A stretch of DNA of 64,000 nt from Hyphomicrobiaceae bacterium (GTDB lineage Bacteria; Pseudomonadota; Alphaproteobacteria; Rhizobiales; Xanthobacteraceae), in the NCBI GenBank assembly GCA_947472885.1, contig CANJBX010000006.1:1510-65509 (forward strand), given 5' to 3'. The notes beneath the pieces are model-generated. The model was not told where the DNA came from. It made no database searches and saw nothing but the letters and a program-made list of their open reading frames with translations. The translations under genes were made by a program, and so were the position numbers. Position 1 is the stretch's first letter, and every line of letters starts with the position of its first letter. Shown piece after piece: positions 42,697 to 50,404 of the stretch.

Positions 42697-44004
42697 CTAA
42701 GGTGTTCCAAACACCCGCTTGAAAATCGTATCGACGTGCTTGAGGTGATAGTCGAGGTCGAAGCAGGCTTCGATTTCACCCGGCTTGAGCGCCTTGGATA
42801 CGTCCGGGTCTTTCTTCAGCAACGTGAGGAAATCGCCTTCGCCGCGCCATACCGGCATGGCGTTGCGCTGGACAAGCCGGTAGGCATCTTCGCGCGCGAC
42901 GCCGTGCTGGGTCAGCGCGATCAGCACGCGCTGCGAGTGAACCAGACCGCCGAGGCGGTCGAGGTTCTTCTGCATGTTCTCTGGATAGACCACGAGCTTG
43001 TCGATCACGCCGGCGAGGCGATTGAGTGCAAAGTCGAGCGTTACGGTGGCGTCAGGCCCGATCATGCGCTCAGCCGAAGAATGAGAAATATCGCGCTCAT
43101 GCCACAGCACGACATTTTCAAATGCCGGCATCGCAAAGGCGCGCACCATGCGGGCGAGGCCGGTGATGTTTTCCGTCAGCACCGGGTTGCGCTTGTGCGG
43201 CATCGCCGAGGAACCCTTCTGGCCTTCCGAGAAGAATTCCTCGGCTTCCAGAACTTCGGTGCGCTGCAGGTGGCGGATTTCGGTGGCGACGCGTTCCATC
43301 GACGAGGCAACGACCGCGAGCATGGAGAAATAAACCGCGTGGCGGTCGCGCGGGATCACCTGCGTCGAGACTGGCTCGACCGCAAGACCCATCGCCTTGG
43401 CGACATGCTCTTCGACGCGCGGATCGACCTGCGCGAAGGTGCCGACGGCGCCGGAGATGGCGCAGGTGGCGACTTCCTTGCGCGCCGCGACGAGGCGTTC
43501 GCGTCCGCGCGAGAATTCCGCATAGGCATAGGCGAGCTTGACGCCGAAGGTCGTCGGCTCGGCATGAATGCCGTGCGAGCGGCCGATGGTCGGCGTCATC
43601 TTGTGTTCGAGGGCGCGGCGCTTGAGCGCGGCGAGCACCTTGTCGACATCGGCGATCAGGATGTCGGCGGCGCGCACGAGCTGCACATTGAAGGTCGTGT
43701 CGAGAATGTCCGAAGAGGTCATGCCCTGGTGGACGAAACGCGCTTCCGGCCCGACGATTTCGGCAAGATGGGTGAGGAACGCGATGACGTCATGCTTGGT
43801 CTCGCGCTCGATCTCGTCGATGCGCTCGACGTTGAAAGTCGCGTCCTTGCCCTTGGCCCAGATCGTCCTGGCGGCTTCCTTCGGGATGGTGCCGAGTTCC
43901 GCCATGGCGTCGGCGGCATGGGCCTCGATCTCGAACCAGATCTTGAGGCGCGTCTGCGGCTCCCAGATCGCGGCCATTTCGGGGCGGGTATAGCGGGGGA
44001 TCAT
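42697..44004 (-). CDS. purB: Adenylosuccinate lyase
   Basis: MIPRYTRPEMAAIWEPQTRLKIWFEIEAHA..GSSAMPHKRNP.. Confidence 0.96.
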   Translation of the reverse strand: MIPRYTRPEMAAIWEPQTRLKIWFEIEAHAADAMAELGTIPKEAARTIWAKGKDATFNVERIDEIERETKHDVIAFLTHLAEIVGPEARFVHQGMTSSDILDTTFNVQLVRAADILIADVDKVLAALKRRALEHKMTPTIGRSHGIHAEPTTFGVKLAYAYAEFSRGRERLVAARKEVATCAISGAVGTFAQVDPRVEEHVAKAMGLAVEPVSTQVIPRDRHAVYFSMLAVVASSMERVATEIRHLQRTEVLEAEEFFSEGQKGSSAMPHKRNPVLTENITGLARMVRAFAMPAFENVVLWHERDISHSSAERMIGPDATVTLDFALNRLAGVIDKLVVYPENMQKNLDRLGGLVHSQRVLIALTQHGVAREDAYRLVQRNAMPVWRGEGDFLTLLKKDPDVSKALKPGEIEACFDLDYHLKHVDTIFKRVFGTP

Positions 44005-44116
44005 GAGGTTTCTCGCGTGGTTAGGCCGTCAGGTAACACGGCCTGCGCCGCAGGCAAACCCCGCGTTTGCCGCTATCGACAGGCGGCTGTCGTGTTCGCC
44101 TTGCGCCGCCGGTGCT

Positions 44117-45355
44117 TCAGGGCACAATCCCGAACCGCGTCCTGGCGGCGTTGAGTTCGACGCGCGCGAGCTGCAGGATCGGGTGGGTGCGGATCGCCGC
44201 GATGTTGCGGAAGATGCGCCCGATCGGCTGGCCGTGTTTCACCGAGGCCGACGTGCCCGCCGCCCTGAACACGATGTCGATGGCGTCCCACGCCATCTGG
44301 ATCGCATGCATCACGATCATCGACAGCCGCTGCTCGCGCTCGAGGTCGAACGGCTGACCGCCGGAAAACTCCTCGCGGCAATATTCCATGTATTCCTCGC
44401 CCTGGCGCAGCAGGGCGGCTTCCGCCGTCGAAACGAGCGACAGCGCGCGGCCATAATGGGCCTGGTATTCGGGGTCCTTGTCGCGCTCCATCTGCGGGCG
44501 TTGGGTCTGTTTCTTGGTGCGCAACACTTCCTCGAACAGATCGAGCGCGCCACGCGCCGCCCCGACCGCGACGGCGGTGCCCTCGGCGGCGAAGAAAGCG
44601 CCGATCCGGCCGTAATAGATTCCGTTGTCATGGATACGCGGGCCGGGAATGCTCACGGCGGTCACGAGGCCGACGCCTTTGGTCTTCGCCACGCGCCGCG
44701 ACGGCACGAACTGGTCCTTGGCAACGACGCTCTTCGACCCGGTGCCCTGCATCCCCATGACGTGCCAGTCGTCGAGGGTGGAATATTCGCCACGCTGGAA
44801 CATCACGAAAATCGAGCCGGTGACATGTCCGGCATCGTCGATAATACCTGCCTGCGTGATGAAATGCGTGGCGTGGTCGATGCCGGAGGCGGATACCCAG
44901 CTTCCGCTGACGCGGTAGCCGCCATCGACCGCAACCGCCGTGCCGGGCGGGTTGAATCCCGCAGGACACCGAAACTCGCCATCGGCGCCGTAGACGTCCT
45001 GCTGGCCTTCCTTGGAAAAGAATGCGGCGAGCAGGGGATGACCGGCGGTGAGCGCCAGCACCCAGCCGGTCTCCGAACAGCCGCGGCTCACTTCCATCAT
45101 CACCTTGTAGAACGTCACGGCGTCGAACTCGTAACCGCCGAACAGCCGCGGCTGCATGATGCGGTAAAAACCGGCCTTCACCAGCGCGTCGTTGACATCG
45201 TCCGGCACCTTGCCGCCGGCCTCGCATTCAGCCTGTTTGGCGCGCAGCAGCGGGCGCAGCGCGATGGCGCGCGCGATCATTTCCTGCGGCGTCAGGTCCG
45301 GCTCGGGCGGCGCGAGGTGGGGCGAGAGAGTTTTCAACGGCAACACAGGGGTCAT
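44117..45355 (-). CDS. Acyl-CoA-dehydrogenase-fold flavin-dependent monooxygenase (HpaH/C2/DszC-like)
   Basis: ..PDDVNDALVKAGFYRIMQPRLFGGYEFD..SGSWVSASGIDHATH..MGMQGTGSKSVV.. Confidence 0.75.
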   Translation of the reverse strand: MTPVLPLKTLSPHLAPPEPDLTPQEMIARAIALRPLLRAKQAECEAGGKVPDDVNDALVKAGFYRIMQPRLFGGYEFDAVTFYKVMMEVSRGCSETGWVLALTAGHPLLAAFFSKEGQQDVYGADGEFRCPAGFNPPGTAVAVDGGYRVSGSWVSASGIDHATHFITQAGIIDDAGHVTGSIFVMFQRGEYSTLDDWHVMGMQGTGSKSVVAKDQFVPSRRVAKTKGVGLVTAVSIPGPRIHDNGIYYGRIGAFFAAEGTAVAVGAARGALDLFEEVLRTKKQTQRPQMERDKDPEYQAHYGRALSLVSTAEAALLRQGEEYMEYCREEFSGGQPFDLEREQRLSMIVMHAIQMAWDAIDIVFRAAGTSASVKHGQPIGRIFRNIAAIRTHPILQLARVELNAARTRFGIVP

Positions 45356-45592
45356 GGGTGAAATCCCGGCTTCCCGCCTGTCTTACCGTGCAAGCTTGCT
45401 GCGCGGGTAAGCCGTTATCGCCGGTGTTCGCACGGTGGACAAGCATCCGGTTGCGCCGGGGCCGCGATGCCCGCGCGATGCCCGCGCTGCGCCCTGCACA
45501 AATCGCAGGACAGGCCGCGTTGCGGCCCGCTTCCCCAAGCCTGTCCATTCTGTATCATTGTCGCCAATAACGAATATCAATCGGAGGCAGCG

Positions 45593-46510
45593 ATGACCCG
45601 CGAAGTGACCATCGTCAGCGTGGCCGACGTGCCGCTGATCGAACAGTCGATTGGCCGCGAAGGGCAGATCCTGGCGAAAACCTTTCCGCTCTATACCGGC
45701 GTTCCCGGCGTCCGCATGGATTTCACCTGGCTCGTGCACGGCAAGGGCTACGGCACGCCACGCCACCGGCATACGTTCGACCAGTTCCGCATCACCTTCG
45801 AGGGCGTGCGCCAGTCCGACGATGGCGACATGGGGCCGGGCGAATGCGGTTATTTCCCGGAAGGCGTCGCCTATGGTCCGCAGCTTCAACCCGAACGGGA
45901 AGCCGGGCTTATCCTTCAGTTCGAAGGGCCGAGCGGCATTCCGTATCTGACCCATGAAGAACTCGACGCCGCGCGCCAGCGCCTGATCGCGGAAGGCGGC
46001 ACCTTCGCCAAGGGCGTCTACACCAGGATTTTCCCGGACGGCCGCAAGATCAACAAGGATTCCCACGCCGCGTGTTTTGAAGCCATCACCGGCAAGAAGA
46101 TGGAATTTCCGGAGGCGCGCTATGACCGGCCGGTCCTCATCAAGCCGCAGAAATTCCGCTGGATTGCCGACCGCAAGCTGGCGGGTGTCGAACACAAGCA
46201 CCTCGGCACATTCGGCGAGCGGCGTTCCGGGATGCGGCTGACGCGGCTTTCGTCCGGCACGAAAATTCCGGCGCATGTGCAGGAGGATGCCGAGATCCTT
46301 TATCTTACCGAAGGCGCGATCACGTACGGCGGCAAGACCTGGAAGGGCGGCAAGACCGAGAATGAAGGCACGTATCTCTATATTCCGCCGGGCGCGCATG
46401 TCGGCGAGATCGTGTCCGAAGCCGGGGCGGAGTTCTTCATCATCTCGCTGCCGATGATCGGCGAGATCGAAGCCGAGATCAAAGCCGGCCGCACCAGCCG
46501 GGCGGCCTGA
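45593..46510 (+). CDS. Bicupin protein
   Basis: The ATG at 45593 follows GGAGG. Two cupin-like modules (..GTPRHRHTFDQFRITFEG.., ..IPAHVQEDAEILYLTEGA..). Confidence 0.65.
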   Translation: MTREVTIVSVADVPLIEQSIGREGQILAKTFPLYTGVPGVRMDFTWLVHGKGYGTPRHRHTFDQFRITFEGVRQSDDGDMGPGECGYFPEGVAYGPQLQPEREAGLILQFEGPSGIPYLTHEELDAARQRLIAEGGTFAKGVYTRIFPDGRKINKDSHAACFEAITGKKMEFPEARYDRPVLIKPQKFRWIADRKLAGVEHKHLGTFGERRSGMRLTRLSSGTKIPAHVQEDAEILYLTEGAITYGGKTWKGGKTENEGTYLYIPPGAHVGEIVSEAGAEFFIISLPMIGEIEAEIKAGRTSRAA

Positions 46511-46566
46511 TCGTGCGCGACATTTCGCCGGAAGTTTTGGCCGCACATCTGTCGGCGTCACGGCTT

Positions 46567-46707
46567 GACCCTCCTCCTGCGAGCGATTGCGAGCGGCGGG
46601 GAGGGTCGCGAGCGAAGCGAGCGGGGTGGGGGGCCATTCTTAATTCATCTCGCACAAATTTCCCCCCACCCCCGACCCCTCCCCACCGCTTTGCGGGGGG
46701 AGGGGTG
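46567..46707. repeat. Composite of three consecutive G/C-tract hairpins: GACCCTCC..GGAGGGTC; GGGGTGGGGGG-N29-CCCCCCACCCC; CCCCTCCCC-N12-GGGGAGGGG
   Basis: Read directly. The last arm supplies the purine-rich stretch just before the GTG start of the next gene. Confidence 0.7.
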
Positions 46708-47688
46708 CGCACACAACTCTTGACGTCGCTTCTGGCATTTTTTGTTTGCGCACTCGCGCTGCTTACGAGCTTCACCTGCACCTTCGCGCAATCTTATCCG
46801 GCCAAGCCCATCACCATCGTCTGCGCGCAGCCGCCGGGCTCAGGCCCCGACACCATGACGCGGCTGTTCGCCGAGGTGATGGGGCGCAATCTCGGCCAGC
46901 GCATCCTCGTGGTGAACCAGCCCGGCGCGGCGGGAACACTTGCCGCATCGACCGTCGCGAAGGCTGCGCCCGATGGCTACACGCTGCTGCTGGTGCTGGG
47001 CGCGATGCACACGATTGTGCCCGCGATGCAGGAAATGCCATTCGACCCGGTCAAGGATTTCACCTTCATCTCGCTGATGTATGTTTCTTCCGGCGTGCTG
47101 CTGGTGCCGCCATCGAGCCCCGCGAAGAATTTTGCAGAATTTGTCACGCTCCTGAAGATCAAGGACAGCAACGCGAGCTACGGTTCGCCCGCGCTCGGCT
47201 CGCCGGGACATCTTCAAGGCGCATTGCTTTCCGAAAAGCTCGGCGTCAAGGCGAAGAACGTCTCCTATCGCGGCGGCACGCAGCTCTCGACCGATCTCAC
47301 CGGCGGATTGCTGGACTTCGCGTTTCTCTCCACGGTGCAGTCGCTGGCGCCGATCGCGCAGCATCAGGTGCGCGGCATCGCCGTCGGCACCAAAGCGCGC
47401 GTGAAGGCGCTGCCCGATCTGCCGACGCTGGCTGAGCTTGGCTATGGCGACGTGGCGGTCGACTCGTGGTTCGGCATTGGCGGGCCGAAAAACATGCCAG
47501 CGGACATTGTTGCCAAGCTCAATGCTGCGATGATCGAAGCCGCGAAAGACCCGCTGATTGTCGAGCGCGCCAAGGTCGATGCCGTCGAGTTGATCGCCGG
47601 TTCGCAGGCCGAGTTCGACAAGCTGCTGATGTACGACTACGAGCGGCTCGGCAAGGCTGTGAAGCGCGTCGGGATCAAGGCCGAGTAG
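46705..47688 (+). CDS. Bug/TctC family tripartite tricarboxylate transporter substrate-binding protein
   Basis: Signal peptide ..LLAFFVCALALLTSFTCTFAQ, then SYPAKPITIVCAQPPGSGPDT... The GTG at 46705 is the inferred start. The upstream part of ORF 46513.. is repeat-derived. Confidence 0.8.
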   Translation: MRTQLLTSLLAFFVCALALLTSFTCTFAQSYPAKPITIVCAQPPGSGPDTMTRLFAEVMGRNLGQRILVVNQPGAAGTLAASTVAKAAPDGYTLLLVLGAMHTIVPAMQEMPFDPVKDFTFISLMYVSSGVLLVPPSSPAKNFAEFVTLLKIKDSNASYGSPALGSPGHLQGALLSEKLGVKAKNVSYRGGTQLSTDLTGGLLDFAFLSTVQSLAPIAQHQVRGIAVGTKARVKALPDLPTLAELGYGDVAVDSWFGIGGPKNMPADIVAKLNAAMIEAAKDPLIVERAKVDAVELIAGSQAEFDKLLMYDYERLGKAVKRVGIKAE

Positions 47689-47848
47689 CGCTGTCTCTAC
47701 CCGGCCTTGAGGTTCGCTGACCGGGTGCCGCGCCTTCCTGTCAGGTGTTCAACGGCCACGATGACCTCATCACCACGAAACGGCCGCAACGCGTGCAAGG
47801 CGAAGTATGCACTGTGCGAGGTTGTCGAGGCGAAGTAGTGCAGCGAGT

Positions 47849-47938
47849 GTAGCCCGGATTGAGCGCAGCGAAATCCGGGGCGGCCGTGCAGATTTGATCG
47901 ACTGTTCCCGGGTTTCGCTGCGCTCAACCCGGGCTACG
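47849..47938. repeat. Family B palindromic element: GTAGCCCGGATTGAGCGCAGCGAAATCCGGGG - 26 nt - CCCGGGTTTCGCTGCGCTCAACCCGGGCTAC
   Basis: Read directly. Further copies at 49573..49661 and 50369..50399, plus a 13-nt fragment (AGCGAAATCCGGG) near 48737. Confidence 0.85.
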
Positions 47939-47947
47939 CCTGCTCAG

Positions 47948-48691
47948 CTACTTCAAGAGCGGTTCGATGCCGTTGGCTTTCCAGACCTGTTCAGAACCTG
48001 CGAGGAAACCCTGGAGCGTCTTTGCAGCATCCGGCTGTTCTGCAACCTTCGGAATACCCGTGGACCAGATTGTCCAGTTTTGGATTTCCGGGGGCAGTTG
48101 GCCAAGGATGGTGATGCCGTGTTCATGTATGAACTCGCTCATCTGCTGGAACCCCAGGTCCGCATCGCCCTTCACGAGAAAAGTGGCTACGCGTACTCCC
48201 GGCGGGTTCTGTTTCATCTTCGGCCTCACCTGATCGAGGATGCCCATTTCCCCAATCATTCGCTCGACATAAAGGCCGCTTGGCCCAGTCGAATACACAA
48301 TCGACTTCGCATCCAGAATGGCCTTCTTCATTTTCTCTGACGTGCTCACATCCGGTTTGGGCGCACCTTCCTTCACAGCAACAGCAACCCCCGTGCGGCC
48401 AAAATCCACGCGCGATCCAGCGACGACCGATTGAGCCGTCATGAACTTCGCAATGTCCGGGGCGGTGGTGATGACGAGGTCGAACTTTCCACCCTCAGGA
48501 ATCTGCTTCTGAATGATCGATGAGCTGGACCAGATGATATTCAGCTTGTGGCCGCTGCTTTTTTCAAATTGCGGTGCGAGTTCTGTAAGTGCCTCTTTGA
48601 CTGCTGTTGTCGAGAGCACTTTGATCTCTGCCGCCGAAGCGTTGATAGCCGCAGCGATACTGACAACAACCGAGAACAAGTATTTGCGCAT
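47948..48691 (-). CDS. Orphan periplasmic substrate-binding protein (ModA / family-1 SBP-like)
   Basis: Signal peptide MRKYLFSVVVSIAAAINASAAE, ..IKVLSTTAVKEALTELAPQFEKSSGHKLNIIWSSS... There is no adjacent permease or ATPase gene. Confidence 0.7.
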   Translation of the reverse strand: MRKYLFSVVVSIAAAINASAAEIKVLSTTAVKEALTELAPQFEKSSGHKLNIIWSSSSIIQKQIPEGGKFDLVITTAPDIAKFMTAQSVVAGSRVDFGRTGVAVAVKEGAPKPDVSTSEKMKKAILDAKSIVYSTGPSGLYVERMIGEMGILDQVRPKMKQNPPGVRVATFLVKGDADLGFQQMSEFIHEHGITILGQLPPEIQNWTIWSTGIPKVAEQPDAAKTLQGFLAGSEQVWKANGIEPLLK

Positions 48692-48758
48692 GGAGCCCCC
48701 AATATTCCGATAGCTGAAAGTTTTGCCGGATGCCTCAGCGAAATCCGGGCTAGGCTTG

Positions 48759-49082
48759 CTACGCCGCCGTGGCCTTCAGGGTCGGGATTTTCTTGATCTG
48801 TGATGCCAATGCGCGCTCGGCCTGCCATGTGTCGAAAGCACCCTGCATCCGCACCCAGACGCCTGCGCCATCGCCGAACAGCTTGCCGAGGCGCACGGCG
48901 ACGGAAGGCGATACCGGCTTCTTCTCTTCCAGAATGTCATAGAGGTGTTGCCGTGAAATGCCGAGCAGCGAAGCGATTTCAGTCTTGGTCTTGCCGGTCG
49001 CGGGGATCACGTCCTCGCGCGGCAGTTCGCCGGGGTGTGTCGAGCATCGTTTCGGATCGCGCTTCGCTGCATGTTCGGCCAT
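48759..49082 (-). CDS. higA: HigA-family (VapI) XRE-HTH antitoxin
   Basis: ..HPGELPREDVI..TKTEIASLLGISRQHLYDILEEKKPVSPSVAVRLGKLFGDGAGVWVRMQGAFDTW.. Confidence 0.85.
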   Translation of the reverse strand: MAEHAAKRDPKRCSTHPGELPREDVIPATGKTKTEIASLLGISRQHLYDILEEKKPVSPSVAVRLGKLFGDGAGVWVRMQGAFDTWQAERALASQIKKIPTLKATAA

Positions 49083-49085
49083 AGG

Positions 49086-49529
49086 TTATGGATATGCCTT
49101 GTTGAACAAGTATTCTAACTTACCGCTATATAAGCTCCAGCCTCTATCTTGGTCATTGTCCAAGAAAAATTTCGATTTCAAGCACGGCAAGTGATATTCT
49201 AGATCTGCAATGATTACATCTCGCCAGACCGGATCGTGGCCCACACCGGCGAGAATTTCATCGCAGCAATTCAACAATACTGCGACGAACCAACGATACT
49301 TGTCGCTTGCTATCAATTTCGTATCGTCTTCGGGTGTGGCGAGTTCGGGATGTTTGAATGCCAACAGTAGATATTCACGGTATAGATTTTTTGCGGTCGC
49401 TTCCCGCTGTGAGATGGTCGCTGATCGAATTTGAAGATAGGTGAAAAATACGGCCCCAATTGCTGTCATCGCGACTAATACTTGCGACAGGTTTCCCAAT
49501 TTGTCGGCGTTGTTCCAAACCCACGACAT
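49086..49529 (-). CDS. Hypothetical 147-aa protein with an N-terminal TM helix, in the toxin position upstream of higA (not RelE/HigB-like)
   Basis: Uninterrupted ORF in AT-richer DNA. Its stop lies 3 nt before the higA ATG. ..LSQVLVAMTAIGAVFFTYLQI.. The ATG at 49529 follows GGGGAAAC (an alternative GTG lies at 49532). Confidence 0.6.
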   Translation of the reverse strand: MSWVWNNADKLGNLSQVLVAMTAIGAVFFTYLQIRSATISQREATAKNLYREYLLLAFKHPELATPEDDTKLIASDKYRWFVAVLLNCCDEILAGVGHDPVWRDVIIADLEYHLPCLKSKFFLDNDQDRGWSLYSGKLEYLFNKAYP

Positions 49530-49572
49530 CACGTTTCCCCATTTGGCGCTGTCTCAAGGATCTTAAGTAAGC

Positions 49573-49661
49573 GTAGCCCGGATTGAGCGTAGCGAAATCC
49601 GGGACAACTCTGCTGATTTGATCGGCCTTTCCCGGATTGCACTTCACTCATCCGGGGCTGC
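49573..49661. repeat. Family B palindromic element, degenerate right arm
   Basis: GTAGCCCGGATTGAGCGTAGCGAAATCCGGG ... CCCGGATTGCACTTCACTCATCCGGGGCTGC. Confidence 0.75.
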
Positions 49662-49664
49662 GAT

Positions 49665-50012
49665 CTATTCCTCCAAAGACGCTTTGAGGGAAATCAGCGC
49701 CGCCTTTAAGGCCGGAAGATCGTCCTTGACCGCGCGCCAGATAATGGTGTCGTCAACGCGCTGGTATTCATGGCGCAACACATTGCCGATGCCGGCAATA
49801 TCTTTCCAGCGTACTTCCTTGTGCTGTGATTTCAATTCGCGGTCGAGATGGCGGCTGGCTTCTGAAATTACTTCGACGCCGCGCTCGATCGCGGAGCGCA
49901 GAAGCCACGATCTCTGGTAGTCGCGGTACGATTTCCCGGAAATCGCCTTTTCGATTCCACGGATACTTTCGAGCATGTCGTGGATGCGCAGCAATGGTGT
50001 GCGATCAGCCAT
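49665..50012 (-). CDS. hepT: HepT-like (DUF86, HEPN) toxin of a type VII TA pair
   Basis: ..WLLRSAIERGVEVISEASRHL..WKDIAGIGNVLRHEYQRVDDTIIW... The start overlaps the MNT stop (ATGA). Confidence 0.8.
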   Translation of the reverse strand: MADRTPLLRIHDMLESIRGIEKAISGKSYRDYQRSWLLRSAIERGVEVISEASRHLDRELKSQHKEVRWKDIAGIGNVLRHEYQRVDDTIIWRAVKDDLPALKAALISLKASLEE

Positions 50013-50308
50013 CAGAAAACCCGTATGGCTTCGCTCTCGATTTTCTCGCGGATAAGAGGGTGCAGGCCTTTGCGGGTGGTGATGTCAATTCCGACACCAA
50101 GGCCTTTTTTCAGCAGCCGCCTGGCTGCCACCAGGTCAAACGCGTTGAACTTGCTGCGTGGGCCATAATCAATAAACAAATCGAGATCGCTGTTGCTGCC
50201 GGCCTTGTTCCGTGCCGTAGAGCCAAACAGGTAAAGCGAAGTCGCGCCGAGCGCCTTGAGGGCGTCAGCGTAGGTACGCAGCTTTCTGACGGCTTCAGTC
50301 TTGTTCAT
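50012..50308 (-). CDS. mntA: MNT-type nucleotidyltransferase antitoxin
   Basis: ..LYLFGSTARNKAGSNSDLDLFID.. (GS-x-AR ... DxD motif). Confidence 0.85.
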   Translation of the reverse strand: MNKTEAVRKLRTYADALKALGATSLYLFGSTARNKAGSNSDLDLFIDYGPRSKFNAFDLVAARRLLKKGLGVGIDITTRKGLHPLIREKIESEAIRVF

Positions 50309-50368
50309 CGCCTGTATTCTACCAAAATTCCTTTGGGAGCGGTCAACAATCTATCGAAGCAAGTCTAT

Positions 50369-50399
50369 CCCGGATTTCGCGTTGCTCAATCCGGGTTAC
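50369..50399. repeat. Family B half-element (CCCGGATTTCGCGTTGCTCAATCCGGGTTAC)
   Basis: Read directly, between the rpe stop and the MNT gene. Confidence 0.7.
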
Positions 50400-50404
50400 G
50401 ATGA

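Noticed and set aside
47697-47927. 76-aa minus-strand ORF. Part of it (..LRPFRGDEVIVAVEHL..) faintly resembles an AbrB/SpoVT-type antitoxin strand.
   Set aside because: The 5' half is encoded by the family B repeat, there is no RBS, and the resemblance is too short. At most it is a decayed gene remnant.
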